Of a DNA stretch of 64,000 bases, positions 22,016 to 33,791 are shown piece after piece. This stretch comes from Azolla caroliniana (Eukaryota > Plantae > Polypodiophyta), in the NCBI GenBank assembly GCA_043228905.1, contig JBHGNT010000012.1, positions 8,928,001 through 8,992,000 on the forward strand, given 5' to 3'. The position numbers and the translations under genes are program-made. A model generated the notes under the pieces. The model was given only the letters and a program-made list of their open reading frames with translations. It made no database searches and had not been told where the DNA came from. Every line of letters begins with the position of its first letter. Position 1 is the first letter of the stretch.

Positions 22016-24303
22016 ATGGACTGCCAAGCACTTTTTAAAGTAGCGAAGAAGTGGCTAAGGCAACACGGCTTAGAGGGTTTCCTCACCATTATGGAGGCGC
22101 ACGGCACCGGGAGGTGGAGAAGATAGTCAAAGAAATCGATATGGAGCTGATTACTGAGGAAGCCATCCATGCGTTGATTGACCTTCCGGAAGGGGGAATC
22201 TATAATATCGATAATCCTACCCCGGAACAACTCCGAAAATATCTCGCAAGCAAGGCCTACCGGACATAGGGCGGCGAAGATCCTCTCTTTCGAGAGATTG
22301 CCCGTGTGCTCCATGAATTCGGACATGTATACCCTCGACCCCCATGCATGCCCCAGAATCGGGCCGGCTTAATCATAGCCACATATGAAGGCGTAAAGGT
22401 GGATTGGGCGGTACTGATTGCGGATGGCCTTTGTGCGGCCATCAACTTTGTCAGAGGCAAAGAGGGTCGGAAGATATGGATGGCAGTGGCGCAATGGCTC
22501 ACCCTATTGGCGCCACCTATCGAGCCCGTCAAGACCACGAAGCGGGGAAGGACAACCGAAGGAACCCCGAAAATGGCCTCGAAATGACAGCAGCTGTTGG
22601 CTTCTAAGGCAACCAAAGGGAAGGCGGCCAACACGGACCAGGCGGCAAAGGAGCGCGCCAATAGGAAGTGGTAGGCAGAAACGCAGGAGGAGCCACCGGT
22701 ACGGCCTATCAAGATCAGGCTTAGCCGATCGGTTCAACAAGCGCTGGACCCCTTGGCAGTGAAAATTAACATCGGGACTCAAGAGGAGGAAGCGGAGGAG
22801 AACAGATTGCCGAAGTGGTACACTACATAGAGGCGGAAGAGAAAGCGTAGATGGACCGGTTACTCGTCACAACCGGAGAACTAGAGACGGCCCGGTCAAG
22901 GATCCGGAGCCTAGAACAAGACTTGGACTTGGCCACAGAAAAATTGGCCAAAATGGCCTTAACCAGATCACAGCTCCAAGCACTGGTGACCCCAGTAGAT
23001 GTATAGAAGAAAGAAGCATCGGCACCTGTACATAGCAATAAGACCCCGGAGATGGAACCAGTCCCGAAGATAATGGCGGCGCAAGCAAAAGAGCTTGCTG
23101 AATTAAGAGATGAACTGGCCGCACAGGAAGCATTACGCACCCGAGAGCGGGACTTGAAGAAAGCGGCAAAAGAAGAACAACGAAAGACTGCTGAGAACCT
23201 CTGCTGCGCAGAAGAGAATCTGCGGAAAGCACATCAGGCCTACAACTGGTTGAAGGAGGAGAAAGAGAAGGCATTGCAAGAAAAGGAGAAGTTGCGACGG
23301 ATGGCGGAAATCGAGATCGAAAGGCTGAAAGAAGAACTCCGTCAGCAGAAGGACCGGGAAGACCGCGCCCGCCGGCAACTCAACCAAAACCTGAAGCAGA
23401 AGACCGATGATTTTGAGCACCTGCACCGGGACTACAAGCACCTGGATACGGAGCATAAGAAACAACAGGAGAAGATGGCAGAGCTCCGGTAGGAGGTACA
23501 TCAAGTTGAGACGGCGCTGGCGGAGGAATGGGTTGAAAGAACCACGTTGCTGGAGGAAGTCGCGCAAGAACGGATGGAGCTGCATAAGCAGCATTATGAA
23601 GAGAAGGAAAGAGCGATGATGATCTTGCAAAGTCTGCAAAAAACTTATCAAACCCAACTGTGACATTACCGGGAGCAGGAGATGGATACAATGGCACTCA
23701 TCAAGCAGTTGAGAGACGAACGGCAAGATGGGATTGGAGCGGATCTAGTTCATTGTCCAGGCATGGAGGAACAAGACCAAACGCTTGATTGACGAAAGCT
23801 CCGCACAATGGTGGGACAAATGGTCAAAGCACACAGCCGAGCTCCAGTTGCTACGAGCAGACGCGGAAAACCAGCAGAAGGAGGGCGACGACTGCTACAT
23901 GCTAACGAAGGAGGACTTCACCGCCGTAAGAGATGAGTTAGCCGAAGATTTTGTAACTCTGGCGGAGGAGCAGGCAGTAGTGGTCCGCCAACTTGTAGCC
24001 CAGCTAGATGATGATCGACTGGATGCTCAAATCCAGTTTGAGAGCTATGAGCGGACTAGGCTACCAAGAGAAGAAGCAAAGCAGGCAGCGACCGTCAACC
24101 TCAGCGATGAGGAGCCATCACCGGAGCAAGGAACGGACGACGACAAGGACGGGGCGAGTCAACTGGAGTCAAATCCGGCGGAGCAGCGAACGGAGGAATC
24201 ACCGCCACAACCGCCGGTACCGGGAGCCGAACAAACGCCCTCTCGGGCGCAACAATCGGAGGAGCCACAGCCACCACAACAACGACAGCCACAACAGCAA
24301 TAA
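22016..24303 (+). pseudogene. Gypsy-1 extra sense ORF downstream of pol (plant-transposon-protein-like domain + long coiled coil)
   Basis: Fragments read KWLRQHGLEGFL..ITEEAIHALIDLP..VDWAVLIADGL, then an E/K/Q-rich coiled coil and a PQ-rich tail. Homologous ORF in Gypsy-3. Confidence 0.7.
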
Positions 24304-24422
24304 CCGAATTCCGAACAACCATTAGATACCCTAGAGCAGAGTATTCTAGATATCTTGGATGAAGGCTAAGGGCCGGATAGTGGGATTCGATGTACAAGGT
24401 ACTGTCCCACGGGCGTGCCATG

Positions 24423-24869
24423 TGTTACCCGGCCGACAAAGGAGCAGAGACCAAAGTGTGAAAGGGATGGTTATTCGGAATATATTTAATTAAGTAAAGT
24501 AGATTATAATTATGTAGAGAACGGATGGACCGGAATCGGTATGCCGATCCGGATCCGGACCGATTCCGAACAGGTGCCGGTTGGCACCGTTTTGTACGCA
24601 GCACCCATGACCTATATAAAGGCCCAGTTACAATGTAAAACTTTAACGGAGAATTAATATAAGCGTCTGGTTGTATCTTCATGTATTGATTACCGTTCTG
24701 TCTTAATTGTATATCTTACGCGTGTATTAAGTGAATGCCTTATTGCTAAGTAGCCAACTAAGTTGGATTAATCATTGTGTCTTAAGTTATCTCGCCGTAA
24801 CACCCCTTTGGTGAAGTGTCTTCCAGAGACACCCTGTGTTAGGCCATTGTCTGGCCCTAAGGATTAACA
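24423..24869 (+). repeat. 3' LTR of Gypsy-1
   Basis: Direct repeat of 7493-7940, followed by TSD ggtcc. Confidence 0.95.
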
Positions 24870-25663
24870 GGTCCTGAGCGGTGAAGTTTAACTACGGTAT
24901 GTTCACACCAACAGGCAAGTTGCCGACATCTTCACCAAGCCGCTCGGATCGGACAAGTTGCAGCACTTCATCGAAATGCTTGGTGTTCAGCATCTCGACG
25001 TGCCGCACTTGAGGGGGAGAAGAAGGGGAAAAGACACTACCGAAATGGGCAAAGGCAAAGAAACTGTTTCTGGCATCGGTAAGGGAAGAACCGGAAGAGG
25101 GGGAGACAAGGAGGAAAAAGAAGCCGAGTCGATGAAGAAAGTTGGCACGTCCAAACAAGTCGGAATGAGTAGCAGTGGTGGCAAGGTCAAGGAGAACCCA
25201 ACCAACTTTCGGTGAACTGGCTGAAGAAGCCAAGGATGGAAGCAAGGCCAACACCTGGACGTGGTCTGATGTGGTGAAGGGCCTTAAACCAAAAGACGAG
25301 TCGGAGGATACCGATTCGGAAATGAGCTGGAACGATTCGGATCAACAGATGGATCCGGATGAACTGAATCAACTAGAGGCCAAGCAGACACGGATGCAGC
25401 GGAAGTCGATGCCATCGCGGAGGAACTGACGAATCGGCAAGCGCCGGAGTCACAACAGTGAAGGAGTTGAGGGCAGCCTATTGAGCAGACATGCCGACCG
25501 AGAAGGTTGAGGCACGCAGAACCAGAGGGGTCGTAGCAAATGGGACCGAACCGAACAAGGAGTGCGAGCAAGGCAGAGCGACGCCAGGAGAAGTCGGTTG
25601 GGAGAACCGACTGCCACAGAGGCTGACACTAGGATCCAACCTCAAGTTGAGCTTGAGGGGGAG

Positions 25664-26047
25664 TGTTGAGCGGCAAGCTCAACTGGAGCCAGATCGGTTG
25701 AATAACTCTGAGCCGGCAAGCGAGACGGATCGGTAAGCCGTGAGCAACCGAGCCGGCAAGCAACAGAGTTGGGGAGCTGGGGAGCCGGTTAGCCAGATCC
25801 AATCAGTAACCGAAAGCCTAGTATTAGTTTAGACTACTAGGCAGTTATAGTCTAGTAGTAAGTGTTAGGTGCTCGTGTGAGCATTGAAGTACGCGGTACT
25901 TCTATCACTCCCATGAGGACTTGTATAAATAGTGCTACTGAGCACAGTTGTATACACACAGAGTGATTATATTGTTTTAAATATAGCTTTTACGTTCTGC
26001 TCTCTCTGTCTCTCCCATGTACTCTGTGTATTCTCTACTTTCTCTGT
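25664..26047 (+). repeat. 3' LTR of Copia-2 (3'-truncated)
   Basis: Matches 3046-~3427, then diverges; no TSD recoverable. Confidence 0.88.
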
Positions 26048-26057
26048 ATTGTTACAG

Positions 26058-26621
26058 GAATGGAAACCTAAACCATTAGAGGTCGAAAGAAGAGCCTTGA
26101 TCTTGGACCTTGATAAAGTCCTGATGAGTGTGCGATATAGGACACCAAGGAGGGACACAAATCAATTTCTGGAATGGGTTGTGCAATACTTTGATTTGTT
26201 TATTTGGAGTGAAAAACCACGTACAGATGTGTGGAAGTGTGTAGAAAGCTTCTTCCCGAAGTGGTGACAACATTTCAAGGGTCAGTGGACATGAGAGAAT
26301 TGTGAGGGGAAGGATGTTGCAAGATTCAAAAGACGTTATGATTTTTGGGACACTTGGCCAGATTATAATGGCGACAATACGTTGATTTTGGATACAGAAC
26401 ATTTCTAACATTACTTCAACATTCACAGATACTGTCTCATTCTACCCGATGAAATGCCTAAACACTATTTGGTGAAAACATTGAGCCGCCAACTAGCTAC
26501 ATGGTTGTGAACTCCATACCGAGCTCGGTATGCAGATCATATATGTAGAGAAGTTCCACTGACTAGCAAGAGGTTAGCTATTTATAGGCGATTTGAAGAC
26601 ATTGGCAATGGGATGTTATAA
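26058..26621 (+). pseudogene. FCP1/SCP (NIF) HAD-family phosphatase-like domain
   Basis: After acceptor ttacag: RALILDLDKVLM (DxDx[T/V]), RRDTNQFLEWVVQYFDLFIWS, FWDTWPDYNGDNTLILD. Four in-frame premature stops, no frameshift. Confidence 0.65.
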
Positions 26622-27004
26622 ATATGTAATTTGATACCACTTAATCAATGAAGAATTAAATTGCTTGTTTTGAGTAACTTATCTACTATGTAATTTTAAG
26701 AGTATGTTTAGGATTGCTGATTTCATGATAGTGCTTTTTCTTAAAATTATGCACACTATTTTAACTTGTACACGGTTCACTTGTAAATCTGTATCTCAGA
26801 AAGAAGAACCCTAAACGATATTATTAAGTTGTATATCAGAAAGAAGATTGTATATAAAAATGACACACGATTTTGTTGAGAAAGAAGCACAAAAACTAGA
26901 CTGTATATCAAAAAGAAAACTCCTAAACAGGTCCATTAAACTGTTTATTTGCAATACATGTGCTTTGTTTGTTTTACAAGAAAACTGGTAATTGCTACTT
27001 GTAG

Positions 27005-28760
27005 CTACAAACTCCATGGCATACTGTTGTAAATACATTCATACACATTAGCACTAACTATGTATAAACCTGAGCAGCTATTCAATTGCGACATTGGGAC
27101 ATTGTTGCTCTTGACCAAATGAGAGTACATGCACACCACTGGTTTGTCTTCTAGTAGCCTATACACATAAGCGTAATCATCTAGTCTTGCATAAAAAATA
27201 CCTTCGATGTAGAATGGCCCGGTAGATACAACATTTCCCCAAGCATCTAATATATTCTGCGTTGCACACTGTTTACTAACCATGCACTTCAATATATAGA
27301 AATCAGCACCCTCTGAATTGCCTTCTTCTGCATTTACAGCGAAATTATCCCAAACATTTAAGTCATCACTCAAAGTATCTCCATGTCCTTGATATGTGAA
27401 GTTAGCATTCCTTTCTGTTTCTCCATCAACTGCTTCCTTATCATTCAATGTATGATACTCCCAATTCTGAATATATGCTTTGTTTAAACAATACCTCCAA
27501 TTTCCTTGCACACAATGTAAGCAAAAACAAGTTAATTCTCTAACCGCAATACAATGACCATCCAGCCTAGAATAACCGCGAAGAGCATGGAGAGATCTCA
27601 ATTTGGTAATTCCTTGGCACTCCCAGGTCTTCTCCCTATTTACTTCATCTATCTTCACTTCCCAAAATTCACGTTTGTTATCTCGGACCTGCGAAGAATA
27701 AACACCAGTTGCACTCGTTGACATATTAACTCTTAAAATTTCAACTACATGTGTTGCACAATTCATCTACACACCATCTGCCTTTAGTTGTTCATGGGTA
27801 AGTGCCCGCTTTATAACAAGACGTGCACCATCATGTTCACCTTTACCATGACCAGACCCAAAAAAATTCCATCTCATCTCCAAACCTGTTATAGCAAGAT
27901 ACCTCCCCACAAAATAAAATGGACATCTAGCCTTGATTTGTGACGCAACTCCATTAGACTAGACCCAATGTTGAGTAAACTCCAAACATTTAGCTAATAA
28001 TCATTTCCAATGTAAGTTAAAACAATGTTGGATGAACAAGGTATCATGCTTCTTATCATCAGAAATAAAAAAATGAATTACTTTTTTAACATCACCTGAA
28101 ACTCGAAAATATGTTATGTGCACAAAAATGGTAATACCTACACTGGACACCAATGCATAGATTGAATTTCATTCTGCTACGTGAAATTATAATTCTCTGC
28201 GAAATCTACTACCGAGACTACTACATCATTTGGAAAATCAGATATGCAAGTCTTAAACTGATGGGCTTGCCATGAATAAATGAAGTTGTGTTTAATGAAC
28301 TTTCCTAGAGATACTACAAATAGAGACGTCAAATCACTTGGTTTAAGCGACTTCCTAACTAGATGCTTTCTTTTACACACCTTTCCTTTGAAATTGGTGT
28401 CAACTGACTCAAATAACTTGACAGAGATTAATACTAGTAGAGATGTTATGTTTGCATTAAGACCATCACAATCAACTAGCTCCTTTATCGATGGATCATT
28501 TAATATTCAATAAAGTACTACCTTCTTGTCTTGATTGCTGATGTGCTTGGTTTGAACATTGAAATAGATTACAACCTTTCTCTCTATGATAGTAGTCTCA
28601 TTATTTCCATTCTCAGTGATATTTAGACCTATATCACAACCAATACTATCTTTACCTTTACTCAATGTGGCTTTCATATCCTTCAACAATTGATGATGTT
28701 TTCTTTTTTTTTCTGCCCAATACTTTTGTATTGCTTGTTATGTCCTGATAGTGTCATCCC
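27005..28760 (-). pseudogene. Sola2-like DDD transposase, degenerate
   Basis: VVDFAENYNFT*QNEIQSMHW, FISDDKKHD, SNGVASQIK, WNFFGSGHGKGEHDGA..IKR, CFCLHC..C. 5' boundary approximate. Confidence 0.75.
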
Positions 28761-28974
28761 TATCCTGATGATCATTGACGGGTAATTCTAAACACCCTCC
28801 TTCCCCTTCCATTTGGCTTGACGGGTTTAAACCCTAATTTTCCCGAAAAAAAGACACGTATTAAAGATGGCTATGGGCAACAACAATACACAAAAATATT
28901 CCGCAACACACAAGATTATACACAACAATACACAAGATAATTTAATAGACAGAATAGTTGTTCAAATCCAAGAC

Positions 28975-29960
28975 CATACAGTGGCAGTAATCTAGGGCCG
29001 AATAGTGGTAGACACTGAGTGTAGAATGGCAGCAGTGGAGGAGTGAACTCCATTTGATCGAACAATTTTGACAATCCAGGACCGAACAATAGCGGTAACT
29101 GAGTGTAGAATGATGGCAATGGAGGAGTGAATTCTGTCGGATCGAACAGTGGCAGATGATGCTTGGAACACAATGACGACAACTTAGTGTAGAATGGCAG
29201 TAGTGGAGAAGGAGTGAACTCCTTCGGATTGAAAAGTGGCAGCAATACACCACCGAACAATAGTGGCAACTAAGTGTAGAATGATGGCAATGGATGAGTG
29301 AACTCCGTCAAATCGAAAAGTGGCAACAATCCAGGACTGAACAGTAGCAGCATCTAAGTATAGAATGATGGCAATGGAGGAGTGAACTTTGTCAAATCGA
29401 ACAGTGGCAGATGATGCTTGGAATGCACAGTGACAACAACTGAGAGTACAATGGTAGCAATGGAGGAGTGAAATCCCTCGGATCGAAAAGTGGCAACAAT
29501 ACACAACCGAACAGTAGCGACAACTAAGTGTAGAATGATGGCAATGGACATGAGTGAACTCCGTCAAATCGAAAAGTGGTAGCAATCCAGGACTAGTCAC
29601 CGAATAGTAGTGGCAATTGAGGAGTCAACTCCGTCAGATCGAACAGTGACAGATGATGCTTGGAACGCACAATGATGGCAATTGAGAGTAGAATGGTGGT
29701 AGTGGAGGAGCTAACTCCGTCGAATCGAAAAGTGGCAGCAATATACAACCTTCACAGTAGCGGCAACTGAGTGTAGAGTGGTTGCAATGGAGGAGTGAAC
29801 TTGGTAGATGATGCTTGGACTGAACAGTGGTGGCAACTGAGTGTAGAATGGTGGCAATGGAGTAGTGAACTCCGTCAGATCGAATAGTGGCAGATGATAC
29901 TAGGACCACACAGTGCCGGTAACTGAGTGTAGAATGGTGGCAATGGAGGAGTGGACTCGA
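28975..29960. repeat. Degenerate ~78-bp tandem repeat array upstream of the Sola2-like transposase
   Basis: About a dozen copies of caactgagtgtagaatggtggcaatggaggagtgaactccgtcagatcgaa-agtggca, alternating with variant linkers. Confidence 0.9.
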
Positions 29961-32900
29961 TAGGGTTTAGCCACAGTGGTAGTAATCTAAGCCAGATTAC
30001 TCAACCAAAGATGGCCCACGTGATGTGGCAAAGGATCATGCATAATGGACCTAGGAATTCAATATATAATTTATGGTGCACATGTCAATTTATGCTGCAC
30101 GTTTATGTTGCACATTTATGGTGCTCATTTATATAATTAAAACTCTGAACTATTTTCAATGGTAGCTTTTTGCAAAAATGACTATTTATCAATGGTAGCT
30201 TTTTGCATAGCTAATTAGCTATGTCAAGGACATAGCTAATTGTTTCCACTCATGCTTTCACCCATATATAATATACGTAATAGAGAAACTCAACAACGCA
30301 TACGCCACAATGTATACTACAAAAATTATATTAATAATAAAAACAAACCGATGTTGATACAGTGCTCTCGGCCCCCTTTTTATAGGTGACTAGAGAGACT
30401 ATTCCAAGATAATACACTTGCCTATTCGACAAGAACCTACAATTACCTTAACTGTTCTATTTGTTGGGAAATCGATCCCTCCGGATGGGGATCGGATGAG
30501 CCGAAGGAAGAAATCAAACCAGATGGATCCAATAGTTATCCAACTAGTGTGAATCAGTAGTAGGGACATATTAGTAAATATGTTTGGATGCGCCTATTGA
30601 GGCTATGCTTGTAAATAGCCCAAAAGTTATATGAGTATGAATAACTAGGGAAAATTTTATCGTATGTAGGTTGTTCTTGTTTAGTTGTTGCGTATTATTG
30701 TACAGAGTGTGAGACAAGGTGAGAGAGAGAGAGAGAGAGAGATACCAAAAGTTGTATTTGTTGTAACCGCCGGTTGGCAAAGACACAGAGCTCGAGGTTA
30801 TTGCCTCTGAGTCTCTCATTTTAGCCTTCCTCTCTCATATAGTGAACCTGTTTAGAGTCTACCAACTCCCATGGTTTGTCCTCTTGAGGTTTTCTACGTT
30901 AACGTATAGTGTTGTCTCTTTCCTGTGTAAGTGTATCAATCTCTACTTTCTATTTTGTTTCTTCCATTTTACGGTTGAATGTCGGTTGTGGCCAGAGAAG
31001 GATTCCTCACAAACTAGTATCAAAGCGAAGTTCTAAATTTCGAACAAACAAAGTGAAATGGAAGATTCATTCGGAGGCATGTAGAAGCTCCCTATCTCCA
31101 ACTACTCAGTTTGGAAGTCGAAGATGAGGAACATGCTAGTGGTCAAAGATCTTTGGCTTCCAGTACAGTTCGGAGATAAAATACCGGACAAGATTGATAT
31201 CGTAACCTGGGAGGTAATGCACATGAAGACAACGCCATACATTTGATTCTTCATTAACATGAATCTCTACAACTTCTATGAAGAGAACAAGGTTCATGAG
31301 ATCTGGGAGATTATTGGCATTATGTTGGAGCAGAAGAATGTCGTGAATCGAGTCTTAGTATTTCGAAAAATAGTGAGACTCAGGTATCAGGATGGCACCA
31401 ATATGGCAGAGCATATGAACGCCATGCACGGGATAATAAACTAGAATACCTTGCTCGAAGTACCTCTAGCTGGCGACGTATTGGCATTGTTGTTGCTCAG
31501 ATCCCTTCCAGATAGCTGGGAGACAGTAGTCATCACACTAGGCAATGTCGGACCAGAAGGGGAGCACTTATCCCTGGCAAGAGTAAAATCGATCTTGCTG
31601 GACGAGGAGGCTCGTCGGAAGGACAAGGAGGCAATTTCTAACCCAAAGGCCCTAGTCACGAAAAGTGATACACATAGAGGGAGAGGCCGAAACAGGAGTC
31701 CCCGGAACCGAGAGAAGTCAAGAACAAGGTCAATGTCAAGGGGAGGCCCACATGATTCTACCGTGGGAAGCCAGGGCACTTCCAGAAGAATTGTCGACAC
31801 TTTTGAAAGGAAAAAGGGGGAGCTGACAATGCCGACTTGAAGAAGAGTTCAGAATGAAAGGGAAGGTGGGCAATAAGGACAAGTGAGGAGGAATTGATGG
31901 TCATTTGTGAGCAGAATGAAGCGAACCTTGTTGACGATGAATCGACTTGGGTGGTCAATTTGGGAGCATCGTTCCACCTAACCCCCGACCGGAAGTGCTT
32001 CTCATCATACAAGACAGGAGACTATGGCCTTGTAAGGATGGGAAATAGAGGTGCGTGCCAAATTGTCGGCATCGATAATGTGTGTGCCTGGTAACGTCAA
32101 TTGGGTGTCGACTAGTACTGAAATATGTCTGAAACATTCTAGAGGTTCGACTGAACCTTATATCAGCCGGTCGGCTGGATGACGAAGGCTACACGGATAG
32201 CATCTGAAACAGAGTCATGAAGTTCAACAAAGGGAGCCTGATTGTGGCCGGAGCAAAGAGGATCAACACTCTATATCTTATGCAAGCTCGGATATGTTCA
32301 TGGGAAGCAAATATGGGAGTCGACACTGTCATTTGTGGTACAAGCAACTGTGTCACATGAGTGAGAAGGGGATGCAAAGACTTACCGAAGATGACCTCAT
32401 TCCGGAGGTAAAGAACATGCAGCTGGAGAGATGTGCACCGATTGTTTGGCCGGCAAGGAAAACAAAACCTCTTTTCAGTCGAGACCACCAACGAGGAGGA
32501 AGGCACCGCTTGAACTCGTGCATAACGATCTATGCTCTGTGGACACGAAGTCACATGCTAGATCGCAGTACTTCGTGACCTTCATAGATGATCATAGCTG
32601 GAAGTTGTGGGTCTCCTTGCTAAAGACGAAGGACTAGGAACCGTCCGTCTTCAAGGAGTTTTATGCAACAGTAGAAAGAGAAACTGGTCGGAAGCTAAAA
32701 AGCAATCCGAGCGGACAATGGCGGAGAATACCAAGGATAATTCGGAAGAAGGCAATCCGGCTCGAGTATACCGTGTCGAAGACACCAAAACACAATGGGT
32801 TAGCCAAGAGAATGAACCGGGCCATCATGGAGAGGGTTTGGAGTATGCTTGCACATGCCAAGTTGTCCAAGATGTTCTGGACAACGATGTACATGATAAA

Positions 32901-33065
32901 CAGATCACCCTTAGCACCCTTGGACGGAGATATACTACAGAGAATGTGAACCGACAAAGACATTTCTTACAAACATGTAAAGGTGTTCAGTTGTCTTGCC
33001 TATGTGCATATCGCAAAGGAAAAATGGTGTCGTGAGAATCCGTCACTATGTGCGGATCGTGAGAC

Positions 33066-33791
33066 CCTCTCCGCCTTCCCCCTAAGCTGCGCAAGAAGAG
33101 CTCGAAGCCAATCCCAGGGAATAGTGAAGCTTCATAGGGTCTTTCTATCTAGGTGTGGGTAGTCTGCATCTTCACAGACATGTCTATTTCACTGAGTCTT
33201 TCTACACCTTTCGTGTGGGTCAGAACTTACCCGACAAGGAATTCCGTTACCTTAGGACCGTTACAGTTACGACTACCGTTCACCGGGGCTTCGGTCACCG
33301 GCTCACCCGTCATCAGGTCACCGACTCCCTTAACCTTCTGGCACTGGGCAGGCATCAGCCCCCATACATGGTCTTATGAATTTGCGGAGACCTGTGTTTT
33401 TGGTAAACAGTCGCCTGGGCCTAGTCACTGTGACCTCCTCTATGAGAAGGCACCCCTTCTCCCGAAGTTACGAGGCCATTTTGTCGAGTTCCTTAGAGAA
33501 AGTTGTCTCGCGCCCCTATGTATTCTCTACCTACCCACTTGTGTCAATTTTGGGTACAGGTACCCACTTGTCAAAAGTCGTTCAAGCTTTTCTTGGGAGT
33601 TTGGCGTGGGTTACATCGGTGCCGTAGCGCCTAGTGCTCGGACGTTGGCTCGGGGTATTTTCACTGCCCCTCATTACCCTTGATGGGTCCATTAACTTTG
33701 CGTCCTTAAACCGATAACCATCTTTCAGCTAACCTAGCCTCCTCCGTCCCTCGGGACCAACAAGGGGTAGTACAGGAATATTAACCCGTTG
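33066..33791 (-). pseudogene. rrn23: Nuclear copy (NUPT) of a plastid 23S rRNA fragment
   Basis: Conserved LSU strings such as gaacttacccgacaaggaatt, tttgcggagacctgtgtttttggtaaacagtcgc and cttctcccgaagttacg, with substitutions and a small deletion; plastid-type context. Confidence 0.9.

Larger units (their letters stand above)
7493..24869 (+). mobile_element. Gypsy-1: non-chromovirus Ty3/gypsy element with extra 3' ORF
   Basis: LTRs 7493-7940 and 24423-24869 (about 16 substitutions + 1 indel by eye). Perfect 5-bp TSD ggtcc at 7488-7492 and 24870-24874. Domain order gag-PR-RT-RH-IN. Confidence 0.96.
3046..26047 (+). mobile_element. Copia-2: degenerate Ty1/copia element interrupted by Gypsy-1
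   Basis: 5' LTR 3046-3458, PBS tggtgtcagagc 3459-3470 (tRNA-iMet type), gag-PR-IN-RT-RH fragments, PPT 25655-25663, 3' LTR 25664-~26047 lacking its last ~30 bp. Confidence 0.92.

Noticed and set aside
22016-24303. Retroviral envelope gene
   Set aside because: No signal peptide or clear transmembrane segment; mostly charged coiled coil.
28975-29960. CRISPR-like array (constant repeat with variable linkers)
   Set aside because: The repeats are degenerate, the 'spacers' are variants of one another, there are no cas genes, and the context is eukaryotic.
30252-30461. Possible LTR fragment or missing 3' LTR of Gypsy-3
   Set aside because: No match to 63651-64000 or to any other LTR in the window; left unassigned.
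33066-33791. Functional rRNA gene, and the ORFs 33153-33683 predicted over it
   Set aside because: Only a ~0.7-kb mutated fragment with a deletion, lying inside an LTR; the ORFs are antisense-rRNA artefacts.
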